A program made the translations under genes and the position numbers. Positions 9,010 through 19,867 of a stretch of DNA of 64,000 nt are shown here, piece by piece. Numbering within the stretch: the stretch's first letter is position 1; the number at the start of each line of letters is the position of its first letter. Under the pieces are notes generated by a model. That model worked only from the letters and a program-made list of their open reading frames with translations, searched no databases and was not told where the DNA came from. The DNA is from a virus. The stretch lies in IMG/VR virus record IMGVR_UViG_3300025425_000009, positions 1-64,000 of that record. One strand, written 5' to 3'.

Positions 9010-9525
9010 ATGAAAAAATACACAATAGAAAGATCCTTAACATACTCTGAAGAAGAGAAAACAGTCGAAGTAGAAATTACCAAAGAAGAAGCAGAGTTAG
9101 CACTTGCTCACTATGCACAACCCGAAGGAAGATTTGTGCCAGAGGAGGGAGATGATTACTGTTATGTAGACAGTTATGGAGGTGTATCGTGCAATACTTG
9201 GGGAAATCATGGGTCAGACAAATGGCGACTCTCCCAAAGAAATGTCTTCCGAACAGATGAAGAAGCCGAAGACCACCGAGAGTACCTTCAAGCAGTAGCA
9301 GTGATTAAAGAAAGTGCGGAGTTCTGGACTCCCGACTGGAGTGATGAGAAGCAATACAAATGGCATGGAGTATACAATCACTTTAGTAAAATCCTTAGTT
9401 CTAGCAACGATAGTATTTTCCAACGTCCAAACACAATCTACTTCGAGACAACAGAAGCACTCGTAAAGTCCCAAGAAGAACACCTAGCAGAGTGGAAGAT
9501 TTATCTTAACGTAAAAATAATATGA
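9010..9525 (+). CDS. conserved phage hypothetical protein
   Basis: YCYVDSYG...NVFRTDEEAE...WTPDWS motifs typical of phage ORFs. Confidence 0.7.
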   Translation: MKKYTIERSLTYSEEEKTVEVEITKEEAELALAHYAQPEGRFVPEEGDDYCYVDSYGGVSCNTWGNHGSDKWRLSQRNVFRTDEEAEDHREYLQAVAVIKESAEFWTPDWSDEKQYKWHGVYNHFSKILSSSNDSIFQRPNTIYFETTEALVKSQEEHLAEWKIYLNVKII

Positions 9526-9710
9526 ATATCCTTATGACTACATTTATGAGTTTTATAGGAGGGGTTGTAACAATGCTGATTGTAATGTGGTGGGTAAGTC
9601 TCTGGATGTATTTAACAGCGACTGATAAGTTGCCAACTCCTATAGGGGTAGGAATCGCGTTTGGTGTTCCAATTGTGTGGGCGATCTCACTAATTGTTAT
9701 CTTGACATAA
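9522..9710 (+). CDS. small membrane protein
   Basis: two TM helices. Confidence 0.6.
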   Translation: MNILMTTFMSFIGGVVTMLIVMWWVSLWMYLTATDKLPTPIGVGIAFGVPIVWAISLIVILT

Positions 9711-9711
9711 T

Positions 9712-10779
9712 ATGCAGTCTCCTACTTACAAACAAATACTCCCTTACATAGAGAAAGGGCTTGTTAAGGAACGGTCACATCCCTGCAATCCTGCAATTAA
9801 GATATTTTGCTACACTGAAGAGTGTGTGTATTCCAAAGCCTGGGACGACATAACACTAGAATGCAGAGGGTTAATACTGAACACACTCACAGATGAGGTG
9901 ATGGCAAGACCGTTTCGTAAGTTCTTTAACTGGGGAGAACTTAGTGAAGATGAGCAGTCTCTGCTGTCCAAAGATAAACACTACTCAGTAGAAGAAAAAC
10001 TTGACGGGTCACTTGGCATCTTATACTGGTACAACGATAAACCTTGTATAGCAACCAAAGGGTCCTTTGACTCTGATCAATCTGTGTGGGCTACAGAATG
10101 GTTTAGACAGAACATCAACTATTCCTACATGCCTGGGAGAACAGAGCTGTTTGAGATAATATACCCGGAAAACAGGATTGTTGTGAACTACCCAGAGTCA
10201 GGACTGTCGCACCTTGCAACCATACAAAAAGACACAGGCAACACTGTCATATCAGAACCAATTGTAGGCTGCAAAACCAGAGCTCTATGTGATGTCTTAC
10301 CAATCGATGCGTTATGCAAACAGGACAAGGACAACGCTGAAGGGTATGTCCTTTACTTTCATGAAACCGGAACAAGAGTTAAGGTCAAATTCCCTAACTA
10401 TGTGGAGAAGCATATGCATGTAACAGGGCTGTCTACTAAGATGATATGGCGTGCCATGTGCAAGTACGATGGTGAGTTGATGAACGTACGTGTGGTTGAC
10501 ATACTCCATGACATACCTGACGAGTTGCATGACTGGGCTGACTCTGTGGTCAAAGACATATGCATGGATTATTATGTAGTGCTAAAAACGGTTATATCTG
10601 AGTTGGCACCTCATGAAAAAGTCATGGCTACCAAGTCTAGAAAAGACATTGCAGAAGTAGTAATGTCAACCACTTACCCAGGACTTGGATTCATGTGGGT
10701 TGACCTCAAAGCAAAGCAGCTTGACAAACAAATCATGAGAACGATAGAGCCGCACGGTAGCAAAACGTTTAAGTATTAA
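9712..10779 (+). CDS. T4 Rnl1-family RNA ligase
   Basis: ECRGLI, RPFRKFFNWGE, motif I EEKLDGSLG, LFEII, EGYV, RVKVK. Confidence 0.9.
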   Translation: MQSPTYKQILPYIEKGLVKERSHPCNPAIKIFCYTEECVYSKAWDDITLECRGLILNTLTDEVMARPFRKFFNWGELSEDEQSLLSKDKHYSVEEKLDGSLGILYWYNDKPCIATKGSFDSDQSVWATEWFRQNINYSYMPGRTELFEIIYPENRIVVNYPESGLSHLATIQKDTGNTVISEPIVGCKTRALCDVLPIDALCKQDKDNAEGYVLYFHETGTRVKVKFPNYVEKHMHVTGLSTKMIWRAMCKYDGELMNVRVVDILHDIPDELHDWADSVVKDICMDYYVVLKTVISELAPHEKVMATKSRKDIAEVVMSTTYPGLGFMWVDLKAKQLDKQIMRTIEPHGSKTFKY

Positions 10780-10789
10780 CATCATCATT

Positions 10790-10993
10790 ATGCAACAAAC
10801 ATCATCAACAAGCACAGGATTCCTTTCTATTTTATCAATTTTATTCATCGGTCTAAAACTCGGCGGTGTTATCACTTGGTCTTGGTGGTGGGTACTTGCT
10901 CCGTTATGGGGAGGGATGGCACTGCTGCTTGCCATAATTGCAGTTGTCATTGTTGTACTAGGAATTATTAGTGTTGTAAAGAAATCACGATAG
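10790..10993 (+). CDS. small membrane protein
   Basis: LKLGGVITWSWWWVLAPLW motif common in phages. Confidence 0.75.
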   Translation: MQQTSSTSTGFLSILSILFIGLKLGGVITWSWWWVLAPLWGGMALLLAIIAVVIVVLGIISVVKKSR

Positions 10994-11122
10994 TATGACA
11001 GACACAGACAAAGCAAGAAAGGTTGCTGCTATTATAGATCTCATCCACCCGTCCAACGAAGGTGATTGGGTAGAACATATAGACTGCTCCTACAGCGAAT
11101 TTATAGACTTAATAAACGAATT

Positions 11123-12040
11123 ATGGCAAAACTAGTAATGACAAAAGGGCTGCCTAGATCAGGTAAATCAACATGGGCAAAGGACTATGTGCTTCGGTCA
11201 GGCAACGCAGTAAGGGTGAACAAGGACGACCTACGTGCAATGCTCCATGCTGGTAAATGGAGTCAGCAAAATGAAAGACTGACCAGGCATGCAGAAAAAG
11301 CCATGGTGATAGCCATGCTTAACAAAGGCAAATCTGTGGTGGTAGATAACACCCATATGCCAGAAAAGTATGAGGTTGAATGGAAAGCTGTTGCAGAGGA
11401 GTGCGGTGCAACCTTTGCAATTGAGAGGTTTGACGAAGCCGACCTACGTGTTCTTGCCAAACGAGATTATAACAGTGATTCTAGAAGAGGTATCAACATT
11501 ATCACAGACACTGCTCTTGTGTTTGACAAGATACACTTCGAAGATGACAGCCTTATCATCTGTGACATAGACGGCACCATAGCAAACTGCGAGCATAGAC
11601 GAAAGTATGCCAGCGGTGATACAAAAAACTGGGACACATTCTTTAAGTTGGCACCACAAGACACACTGATAGCCAACACAGACCTCATGCTTAAGGAGTA
11701 TATGGCACAAGGAAAACATATTATGTTTGTGTCTGCCCGACCAGAGCACTGCAGGCAAGACACAGAAAGTTGGCTGTCAGACAACGGCTGGCTAAACAAG
11801 TTTTCTAAGTCTGCAGAACTTGCCAATGAATCAAAGGTGCAGCATCACTGCTACTTTGGACTGCTCATGAGAAGTGACGGCGACAGCAGGGACGACACTG
11901 TTGTTAAACAGCAAATTCTTGACAGGATGCTTAAAAAAGAGTGGATCCACACTGTGATAGATGATAGACCAAAGATAGTAAGGATGTGGCAGGACAATGG
12001 GGTGCCTGTCATAGATGTAGGAAATGGTATAGAATTCTAA
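11123..12040 (+). CDS. pseT: polynucleotide 5'-kinase/3'-phosphatase (T4 PseT/Pnkp-like)
   Basis: P-loop GLPRSGKST plus HAD motifs DIDGT, SAR and DDR. Confidence 0.9.
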   Translation: MAKLVMTKGLPRSGKSTWAKDYVLRSGNAVRVNKDDLRAMLHAGKWSQQNERLTRHAEKAMVIAMLNKGKSVVVDNTHMPEKYEVEWKAVAEECGATFAIERFDEADLRVLAKRDYNSDSRRGINIITDTALVFDKIHFEDDSLIICDIDGTIANCEHRRKYASGDTKNWDTFFKLAPQDTLIANTDLMLKEYMAQGKHIMFVSARPEHCRQDTESWLSDNGWLNKFSKSAELANESKVQHHCYFGLLMRSDGDSRDDTVVKQQILDRMLKKEWIHTVIDDRPKIVRMWQDNGVPVIDVGNGIEF

Positions 12041-12042
12041 TT

Positions 12043-13734
12043 ATGAAAGTTGAATTAGCAAGAACAAGACTAAAGGTGTCACTGCCATATAATGAGCACC
12101 TCGTTGCCATGATTGCCCAGGTGCCTGGTAGAACTTTTAACAAGAAGTCCAAGACATGGTCTGTACCAGTGGTACATGTTAAAGATGTTGTAGAAGCGCT
12201 TGGCCCATTCGGTTGCGAGTTTAGCGACAAGGTTGTGGAACTTTATAGAGATCAAGTCAAGTTCTTTCAAAAAATAACAAGACTAAAGGAAGGTAGATTC
12301 ACAGAAGTGGAGACCCAGCTTCTTGACAAAACAGACATTCCTATGTATGCATACCAACGAAGAGGTGCTGGGTTCATGTGTGCAGTAAATGGCCTGCTAG
12401 GTGACCAGCCTGGGTTAGGTAAAACAATACAAGTGATTGCAGGAACTCAACTTAAGCAATCAAAGAAGGTCCTTATTTTCTGCCCTAGCGTCATAAGATC
12501 AACATGGGAGGAGGAACTTCAAAAGTGGTCCCCTGACTCAACGTTTGTTGTGGTGAAAGGAAACCCTAAGCAAAGGCTTGCCCTTTACAAAACAGATGTC
12601 ACATACTATATATTGAACTATGAACTTGTTCTTAGGGATCTACCAATTCTCAAAAGCATGGAGTGGGACGACATCGTATGTGACGAATCAACAGTGCTAG
12701 CCAACCATACAGCAAAAACAACCAAAGCCATTAAGAAGCTAAAGCCTCTCCGTAAAACAGCAATGACAGGTACACCATTGAGTAATAAGCCAGACGATCT
12801 GTGGTCACCTATGGATTGGCTGCAGCCTGGCTTACTTGGGTCGTACCTTGAGTTTGTGGAGAAGTACTGTACCACAAACAGGTATGGATCAGTTGCTGGG
12901 TACAAGAATCTTGACAAGTTAAGCAAGATCATAGAACCATACATGCTCCGCAGACTTAAGTCCGAAGTGCTCAAGGATCTACCTCCTAAGATATACAAGA
13001 ATATTAGGGTAGACTTCACCTCTGAGGAAAGAAGAATGTACGACAACTTTGAGAACGCTCTAACTGATGAACTTAAGTTGCAAGGGGTGGACAATACAAG
13101 AAATCTTAACTCAGCGTTGGTTAAAATGACAAGACTTTCGCAGTTGGCAGATTCAGGTGAGCTTGTGACAGGTGAAAAGCATGGGTCTAAGCTAGACGGT
13201 CTGAAGTCGTTGCTTGCTATATTGTTGGAAGACCCTGATACAAAAACAATAATATTCACAGGGTATGCAGCGATGGCCAAAATACTGGAAAGGGAGCTAA
13301 CCAAGTACAACCCACTCTGTATTGCAGGTTATGTAAATGACGATGACAGAACAAAAAACAGGCACACATTTCAAGAAGACAACAAGCATCAGATCATGAT
13401 AATGACCTCAGCAGGTAACATGGGACTTAACCTCCAGCGTGCTTCAAGTGTAATTCACTATGATCTGCCATGGTCGATCTCAGGTGCCGAACAGAGGGAA
13501 GACAGGGCACATAGGAATGGGCAAACTGGATCTGTGGTTGTGTACAGGATGCTTGTAAAGGACACAATAGATGAGTACAAGCTGTTCAAACTGCAAGGCA
13601 AGAAAAACTACTCTGACACAGTCCTAGGTGACAAGGCAGTTGACACCTCAGGAAGTGAGGTTGACGTTGACTCACTGAACGCGGAGTCCTACATGGAGTG
13701 GTGTACAAAGGTAACCAAGCGTGATAATATATAA
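12043..13734 (+). CDS. SNF2-family helicase with N-terminal HARP-like domain
   Basis: DQPGLGKT, DEST, MTGTPLSN, GLNLQ, QREDRAHRNGQ. Confidence 0.9.
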   Translation: MKVELARTRLKVSLPYNEHLVAMIAQVPGRTFNKKSKTWSVPVVHVKDVVEALGPFGCEFSDKVVELYRDQVKFFQKITRLKEGRFTEVETQLLDKTDIPMYAYQRRGAGFMCAVNGLLGDQPGLGKTIQVIAGTQLKQSKKVLIFCPSVIRSTWEEELQKWSPDSTFVVVKGNPKQRLALYKTDVTYYILNYELVLRDLPILKSMEWDDIVCDESTVLANHTAKTTKAIKKLKPLRKTAMTGTPLSNKPDDLWSPMDWLQPGLLGSYLEFVEKYCTTNRYGSVAGYKNLDKLSKIIEPYMLRRLKSEVLKDLPPKIYKNIRVDFTSEERRMYDNFENALTDELKLQGVDNTRNLNSALVKMTRLSQLADSGELVTGEKHGSKLDGLKSLLAILLEDPDTKTIIFTGYAAMAKILERELTKYNPLCIAGYVNDDDRTKNRHTFQEDNKHQIMIMTSAGNMGLNLQRASSVIHYDLPWSISGAEQREDRAHRNGQTGSVVVYRMLVKDTIDEYKLFKLQGKKNYSDTVLGDKAVDTSGSEVDVDSLNAESYMEWCTKVTKRDNI

Positions 13735-13745
13735 CTACTTAAATC

Positions 13746-14165
13746 ATGATTAACTACACAACAATGACTGACTCATTAAGCGACAAGATGTTAGTTGAGG
13801 AGCTACAACTTGCCACAGTGCAAGGACGCAGAACACAGCGGTGGAAAGACATTCTACTAGAGATTAACGAATGTTTTGCTGCAGCGAAGGACAACAGAAG
13901 AAGCACACCTTTGGTTAGATCCAAGAATACAAAAAAAGATGCAGACCTAACTGTATCAGCCAGAGTGTTTTGGCTCCATGGTGTAGGGGAGGACGGCATC
14001 ATAACGCTGTTCAGATCTTACAAGACATGGCGAACATACATATCTAAAGAGTATGCACACATCTTCAAACCTACTGCGGTGGGGACAGGCCCAGGCAGAC
14101 GGTATTATCTAAAAACGTACAGCATTGCAGACTTCGTGTATCTATTCGAAACTAATCAACTTTAA
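13746..14165 (+). CDS. hypothetical protein
   Basis: ORF in replication block. Confidence 0.65.
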   Translation: MINYTTMTDSLSDKMLVEELQLATVQGRRTQRWKDILLEINECFAAAKDNRRSTPLVRSKNTKKDADLTVSARVFWLHGVGEDGIITLFRSYKTWRTYISKEYAHIFKPTAVGTGPGRRYYLKTYSIADFVYLFETNQL

Positions 14166-14168
14166 ACA

Positions 14169-14879
14169 ATGACTAAAGTCAAGGCATCACAACATCAAAT
14201 ACTGGCACTATCGGTTGACAAGGCAGAGTCAATAGAAATTGGTCTGGATCATGCAGTTGTTCTGCATTGGCTTAGGCAGGAGACAACTCTGTCTAAGTTA
14301 GTGAGTGAAGGCTCTAGTGTGCAGAACAGTCAGTGTATAGCAATAACACCTGAGATGGTTACACTCTTCTTTCCTATGTTTACTCCAGGCAGAACTCATG
14401 GGATATTACACAACCTTGCTCTCAAATTCAAAAAAATACATTTGGTTAAGTCTCACTCAAGGTTGTACGTATCCATGGCCAAGGACAAGCCTGCAGACTT
14501 TAAACCTGCAAAAAAGAAAACAGAGATAGTAGTAAAGGAGGATGTGACCTACACTACAGAAACCGGAGACAAGGTGACAGTGCCTGAAACCAAGTTTATA
14601 GCTACTATAATAGATGCGTTTAGCACCGTCAACCCTCGGTATGCAGACTTCTTCTCTAGGAAAGGTGAGCGTGAGTCAATATCAGTAATGTTAACTCAGT
14701 ACACAGCGGATAAGATACTACAAATGGTGTCTGTGCTGCCTACTACTAACAATATGCAGTGGGCACCTATTATTACAACCCCTAGGGAGTTGTATAACAA
14801 AGGCAACAAGCTTATAATATTCATGAATAGACTTAAGGCCGAGGAAGATGGAAAGGACACCATAGAGGTACTCCTATAA
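14169..14879 (+). CDS. hypothetical protein, possible replication initiator
   Basis: position upstream of primase-helicase; helical C-terminal domain. Confidence 0.5.
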   Translation: MTKVKASQHQILALSVDKAESIEIGLDHAVVLHWLRQETTLSKLVSEGSSVQNSQCIAITPEMVTLFFPMFTPGRTHGILHNLALKFKKIHLVKSHSRLYVSMAKDKPADFKPAKKKTEIVVKEDVTYTTETGDKVTVPETKFIATIIDAFSTVNPRYADFFSRKGERESISVMLTQYTADKILQMVSVLPTTNNMQWAPIITTPRELYNKGNKLIIFMNRLKAEEDGKDTIEVLL

Positions 14880-14880
14880 T

Positions 14881-15162
14881 ATGACATACTTACTTAAATC
14901 AACAATAGGCGTATCATTTCTGATTGACGAAGATGAGATAGCTTTGATCAGGTCAGCAAAAGATGATCACTTCATCTTCTTTAGAAACGGCGCTGTCAAG
15001 AAGAAGTTAGTAGGTACAATCACAGAGTATACATCACCTCAGGACCCAGTCCTTAGATTATCAACTGAAACAAAAGAACAATACGAAGTTCGGAAACGAG
15101 AAGCCAAACTGCCAGACATTTTCGAAAACAGTAGGAGTTCCAAAGTTCGTAACATCAACTAG
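14881..15162 (+). CDS. hypothetical protein
   Basis: tightly packed ORF. Confidence 0.65.
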   Translation: MTYLLKSTIGVSFLIDEDEIALIRSAKDDHFIFFRNGAVKKKLVGTITEYTSPQDPVLRLSTETKEQYEVRKREAKLPDIFENSRSSKVRNIN

Positions 15163-15163
15163 T

Positions 15164-16879
15164 ATGTCAAAGGTCAAAGAGTTCTTAGACAGTCAGGACG
15201 TAGATTACAAAACAGTACCAGGTGGGGAGTTGATTTTAGAAGTGTGTCCAGTGTGTGGCAAGGAAAACAAATTTTATGTAAACGCTGAAACAGGGCTACA
15301 TGATTGCAAGATATGCGGTCATAAAGGAAACCTGTTTAAGCTCAAATCTCTATATGGTGTGATAGAAGGTGTTAGTTCTGCTAGAGACCTGATAGGGTCG
15401 TCCTTTAAACCCATGGACATTGCAGTACTTGAATCCCTGGAAACAGCACTATGGGAAGACACACAGGCACTCAACTATCTAAGAGGCCGTGGGTTAACTG
15501 ATGCAACCATCAAGCATTTCAGGATTGGGTACGAACAAACTCTAGGCGGGCATTGGATTGCCATACCTCATATACAGGACGGTAAGCTGTGGAACGTTAA
15601 GTACAGGGAGTTTGTTGGCAAGAAGGCGTTTAGGCGTGTGCAAGGGCAGCCTACTGTCTTGTACAACATTGATGGTGTAGATTATAGTAAAGGCGGTCTT
15701 GTCGCTGCTGAAGGTGAATTTGATGTGATGGCTGCTTGGCAGATGGGCGTGACAAACACCGTAGGACTAACAGGAGGAGCTAAAACATTTAAACCAGAGT
15801 GGCTTAGTGTGTTTGCACAGTTTAACAAGGTGTACACATGTCTTGACTCTGATCAAACCGGGCAGGAAGGAGCAAAGAAGGTTGCTGAAATAATAGGGTT
15901 AAAGAAAACAAGGAATGTTGAGCTACCAACTAACGATATAAATGACTATCTCAATGATGCAACTACATCTCCTGCTGACTTTAAAAACCTGCTTGGGCAG
16001 GCTAAGCAATTTGAAATAGATTACATCGGTACATCTGCTGATATTGTAGGCCAACTAGATGATTGGTTCTCAGGGGAGGACACTGCACTTCGTGGTCTTG
16101 AGACAGGGCTTCCTCAATTTGATGCGTTAACAAAAGGACTCAAGGATCAAGACCTTATCATTCTGTCAGGGGATTCAGGTGTAGGTAAGACAACGCTGTG
16201 TCTTAACATCATTCATGAGATAATGGACAGAGGTAACGCTGCGTTTGGCTTCTTTCTTGAAGGGCAAATACCATATTACTTCACCCGTATGATTGGTGCA
16301 CCTCTTGGTCTAGAATACAATGAGTTAAACAACGACCCTGAAGTGTATGAAGACATAAAGAGTGCTGCAGCGGAACTACCACTGTACTACTACAGCGGGT
16401 CCCAAGGCGGGCTGACCCTGGACATAATAAAAGACATCATTCCGATGGTTGTAAGGCTTTACGATATCAAGGTCATCTTCATTGATAACCTCCAGAAACT
16501 TGTTCGTGGGTCAGACACAATGTATTACCAGCGGTTAGGAGATACTGTGTCAGCACTTAAAGATTTAAGTGTAGACAACAACATACCTATCGTTCTTATC
16601 TCTCACATCACTAAAATAGATGAGACCAAGAAGGTCATTACTATGCATGATGTGAAAGGGTCATCTACGATATATCAGGATGCTGACATATTCGCTATCT
16701 TCCAGGCAATCAAAGATGAGTTCTACTTGTCTATTGATAAAAACAGAATGGGGGAAGGAGGCATACACATACCAATGAACGCAGATAAGCGACTTGGCTT
16801 GTTTAAAGAGCTTGACGGGGAGGCAGTCAAAACAGAAGACATGGGCTCACAGGTGCCTAGGTCTAGGGCAGCCGATTAA
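15164..16879 (+). CDS. primase-helicase (T7 gp4/Twinkle-like)
   Basis: Zn finger CPVC...CKIC, TOPRIM EGEFD/DSD, SF4 Walker A GDSGVGKT, IDNLQ, DKNR. Confidence 0.92.
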   Translation: MSKVKEFLDSQDVDYKTVPGGELILEVCPVCGKENKFYVNAETGLHDCKICGHKGNLFKLKSLYGVIEGVSSARDLIGSSFKPMDIAVLESLETALWEDTQALNYLRGRGLTDATIKHFRIGYEQTLGGHWIAIPHIQDGKLWNVKYREFVGKKAFRRVQGQPTVLYNIDGVDYSKGGLVAAEGEFDVMAAWQMGVTNTVGLTGGAKTFKPEWLSVFAQFNKVYTCLDSDQTGQEGAKKVAEIIGLKKTRNVELPTNDINDYLNDATTSPADFKNLLGQAKQFEIDYIGTSADIVGQLDDWFSGEDTALRGLETGLPQFDALTKGLKDQDLIILSGDSGVGKTTLCLNIIHEIMDRGNAAFGFFLEGQIPYYFTRMIGAPLGLEYNELNNDPEVYEDIKSAAAELPLYYYSGSQGGLTLDIIKDIIPMVVRLYDIKVIFIDNLQKLVRGSDTMYYQRLGDTVSALKDLSVDNNIPIVLISHITKIDETKKVITMHDVKGSSTIYQDADIFAIFQAIKDEFYLSIDKNRMGEGGIHIPMNADKRLGLFKELDGEAVKTEDMGSQVPRSRAAD

Positions 16880-16885
16880 AAAAAA

Positions 16886-16932
16886 GTTGTTAACAGGCAG
16901 GCGTTGTACATTTGCACACAGGGTGATACTAT
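16886..16932 (+). promoter_or_regulatory. conserved phage promoter
   Basis: GTTGTTAACAGG 16886, TGTACA 16905, TACTAT 16927. Confidence 0.75.
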
Positions 16933-16959
16933 TATAGGATAATACTAACGAAAACGCGC

Positions 16960-17700
16960 ATGGCAAAAGACCCAACAACAACAACAACGCACACAGACTC
17001 AGTGTTCCTGACTCACAGTGGTAGCACAATGGCTGTTAAGGACGCGGTTAGTCAGAATGATTGCTGGTTTATACAAAAGGAGCGAAGGTGGGTGCTTACT
17101 CACAAAGCCATTCAGAAGATTGCGACGTTGGCAGGAATCAGTAAGAATTACGATGTGGAAGAGTCAGCTACAGTGCAACCGTCTTACAGAAATGAACTTG
17201 AGCACATTGTCAGGGTGACAATTAAGTGTAATTCTAAAAGAAAAGGCAAAGGTGCTGCAAAGGGGTGTGTTCATGATCAGTTTGAAAACACTCTTACAAA
17301 AACAGGAGAAGCAAACAAGGTTAACACTGCTGTCAAAGGTAGAGGGTACCTTAGGACTATGGCTGAGAAACGTGCTTACGACGTTGCTGTACTAGAGCAT
17401 GTTGGACTGTACGACACTACATTCTCAGAGGAAGAGTCAGAGTCAATGATGGGAGGCTCACCTGAAGAGCATAGATCTATTGTGCTAACCAACGTTCAGT
17501 TGGAGGCAGTCAAAACAGAGGTCAACGCGATTGTATCCTGTACCACAGATGATCAGTTAGCCAAGGCCGCAGCAGAGGTCAAGATTAAAAAGGAGTCCAA
17601 GATGTATTCTGACAGCCAGGTTAAGTTCCTGGACAAGCTGATAAACGACACCCAGCTTGGATTTATAAATGAGGCACCTCCTCAAGTAAAACCTTTTTAG
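16960..17700 (+). CDS. hypothetical protein, possible ssDNA-annealing recombinase
   Basis: MAEKRAYDVAVL motif; adjacent to PD-(D/E)xK exonuclease. Confidence 0.5.
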   Translation: MAKDPTTTTTHTDSVFLTHSGSTMAVKDAVSQNDCWFIQKERRWVLTHKAIQKIATLAGISKNYDVEESATVQPSYRNELEHIVRVTIKCNSKRKGKGAAKGCVHDQFENTLTKTGEANKVNTAVKGRGYLRTMAEKRAYDVAVLEHVGLYDTTFSEEESESMMGGSPEEHRSIVLTNVQLEAVKTEVNAIVSCTTDDQLAKAAAEVKIKKESKMYSDSQVKFLDKLINDTQLGFINEAPPQVKPF

Positions 17701-17701
17701 C

Positions 17702-18535
17702 ATGGAACGACCATTTAACTTAAAATTTGATGACACACTCACAGGACATGCGGAGTCATCATTTAAACTAGAAAGAATATCACCATCTATGATGGGTACC
17801 TACACATCATGTCCTCTTGCATTCTACTACGGGTACATAGCAAAGATAGAGATACCACAGTCCAGACTGCATTTGCTGTTTGGTAGTGCAATTCACTTAG
17901 CGTTAGAATACATGTACAACGATGGCAAGGACCCGCATGAAACATTTGCAGAGCACTTTAAAAGGGAGGATCTGGACCCTGAAGGGCAGTTATCCTTTTC
18001 GGAGTACTACATGCTAGGTGTAGAGATGGTAAAGAACTATGTAGATGCAAAGCCAGCCATAGATGCTGCTTACGGTTTAGACAAGGCAGACACTGAACTT
18101 AAGGTGAAGGAATTCATCACCCACCCAATCACAGGCAAGCAGTCTAGTGTCAAGTTCTCAGGAATCCTCGATGTGCTTACACACGGTCATAAGATTGTGG
18201 ATTACAAGACATCGAAGACTAAGTGGAAGACAAGTGAAGCCCGGTTTAAGCTCCAAAGCCGCATGTACAATCTTTGGTATTTGTCAAGGTTCGGCAAAAT
18301 TGCTGATGAGACAGTGTGGATCATTTTACTAAAGAAGTTTAAGAAAACATCAAGAGATGAGGTAATTCAGTTTCTGTCTTACAAGCCATCTATAGATGAC
18401 CTTGCCGCAACATTTGAGGAGATGGAAGCAATTGTTGAAAAGATTGAAACTGGCAACTTCGAAAGACCAACCAAAGGTCACCCACCGTATTGTGATTGTT
18501 ACAAATACGAAAGGTATCTAGGGATTACTAGTTAG
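17702..18535 (+). CDS. PD-(D/E)xK exonuclease (Cas4/AddB-like)
   Basis: SPS..CP, GSAIH, GILD, VDYKTS, Q...Y, terminal CDC. Confidence 0.85.
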   Translation: MERPFNLKFDDTLTGHAESSFKLERISPSMMGTYTSCPLAFYYGYIAKIEIPQSRLHLLFGSAIHLALEYMYNDGKDPHETFAEHFKREDLDPEGQLSFSEYYMLGVEMVKNYVDAKPAIDAAYGLDKADTELKVKEFITHPITGKQSSVKFSGILDVLTHGHKIVDYKTSKTKWKTSEARFKLQSRMYNLWYLSRFGKIADETVWIILLKKFKKTSRDEVIQFLSYKPSIDDLAATFEEMEAIVEKIETGNFERPTKGHPPYCDCYKYERYLGITS

Positions 18536-18544
18536 CACACACAC

Positions 18545-18760
18545 ATGGATAACATTCAAGCATTAACTGCACTGCTTTTAAAGCATGCACAAGAAGCACA
18601 AGATCTAGCAAATGAAGCAGAACGTAAAGGCAAAATGCCATACAGGATTGCTAAAGAGATTAGACGTAACGCAGGTGACTGTGGTAAAGTAGGTAAGGAA
18701 CTTAGACTAGTGACCCAGGCATATTTCAAAGCACAGAAGGAGGTACAGACAGAAGTGTAA
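18545..18760 (+). CDS. hypothetical protein
   Basis: ORF in array. Confidence 0.6.
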   Translation: MDNIQALTALLLKHAQEAQDLANEAERKGKMPYRIAKEIRRNAGDCGKVGKELRLVTQAYFKAQKEVQTEV

Positions 18761-18785
18761 TACTACCCACTAACTTATAATTATT

Positions 18786-19394
18786 ATGGCAGACGAAAAC
18801 AACCCATCACCGAACACAACTACTATTGAAGTTGCTTCAGTTGAGCACAAGGAAGGAGTTAGTCAAAAAAATGGACGGCCTTATGTTATTCACAGGATAA
18901 CAGATGCAAAGTCAGGACGGGACATGTCAACATTTGACGAGTTTGCGGCAAACCTTAAAATAGGAGACAAGCTTGATGTTATAGTAAGCCAGAACGGGCA
19001 GTACTGGAACTTCAACGATCCAAACAAGCCGGCATCGAAGTCTTACGGAGGTGGAGCAGCAGGAAGAACAGCAGGTGTTCTTAGCACAGCTCAGTCAGCC
19101 ACTGTTCATGCATTCCAGATAGCAGCAACACTGCTTGCACCAAAGTTTGCAGAGAAAGGAGCAAAGATATCAACAGACTTTCTAAAAGAACTAGCAGACC
19201 AGATCAAACCTATGATTGAAACAGTCACACCTCCTGCTGCACCTGTTGCACCTGCAGTACGACCTGTTGCAATTGTAGCACCTGCTGCAGCACCTGTTGC
19301 AACACAGCCTGCAGTTGCAGTTCCTACATCAACTGAAGACACAACCCCTGCAGTTGATTCATCATTTGCACAAGACGAAGACAAACCATTTTAG
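18786..19394 (+). CDS. probable single-stranded DNA-binding protein
   Basis: OB-like N-terminus, AP-rich linker, acidic tail ending DEDKPF. Confidence 0.6.
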   Translation: MADENNPSPNTTTIEVASVEHKEGVSQKNGRPYVIHRITDAKSGRDMSTFDEFAANLKIGDKLDVIVSQNGQYWNFNDPNKPASKSYGGGAAGRTAGVLSTAQSATVHAFQIAATLLAPKFAEKGAKISTDFLKELADQIKPMIETVTPPAAPVAPAVRPVAIVAPAAAPVATQPAVAVPTSTEDTTPAVDSSFAQDEDKPF

Positions 19395-19417
19395 CAAATA
19401 AGTAAAACGACTCCTCT

Positions 19418-19861
19418 ATGATGCACGTATTCCCAGCTACATTCATTACGCCTACAAACAGGGCGGGTGGTGTAAGAGTAATATTTGAAATTGATGATTC
19501 CAATAGGGAAAGCGCAGGTGAACTGATCAAGCTCCCTATGGGAAAAGAGATGTTGTTGGTTGCTTATGAAATCGGAGAAGACAGTGAGGACATCAGAAAG
19601 GCACATGTTAAGCCTGACTACGGCAAAAACCAATTCATGAAACAAGTTCATGCTATCATTGGTGATTACGCAGCCCAAACAGGTGTGGGAAAGGATAAAA
19701 TCAAGAACATTCTAAGATTAAAGTTGATAGCAAAAAACTATATCAAAGAATCAATGTCAGAAGCCAACGAACAAACAATGGCTACTGCTGTATATATCCT
19801 TAGAACACAGATGAACCCTTCCAGATTAGATTACACTGACTATCAGGATAACGAAACATAA
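19418..19861 (+). CDS. hypothetical protein
   Basis: ORF in array. Confidence 0.65.
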   Translation: MMHVFPATFITPTNRAGGVRVIFEIDDSNRESAGELIKLPMGKEMLLVAYEIGEDSEDIRKAHVKPDYGKNQFMKQVHAIIGDYAAQTGVGKDKIKNILRLKLIAKNYIKESMSEANEQTMATAVYILRTQMNPSRLDYTDYQDNET

Positions 19862-19867
19862 CACTCA

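Noticed and set aside
12618-13310. 230-aa antisense ORF and similar long antisense ORFs within PolB, RecA, tape measure and fiber genes
   Set aside because: Entirely antisense to well-supported genes; composition typical of shadow frames
17702-18535. CRISPR-Cas system (Cas4-like gene)
   Set aside because: No repeat-spacer array or other cas genes; context is phage recombination
19229-19355. cctgc(t)gca/cctgttgca short repeats
   Set aside because: They encode the Pro/Ala/Val linker of the SSB-like protein; not a DNA-level repeat element
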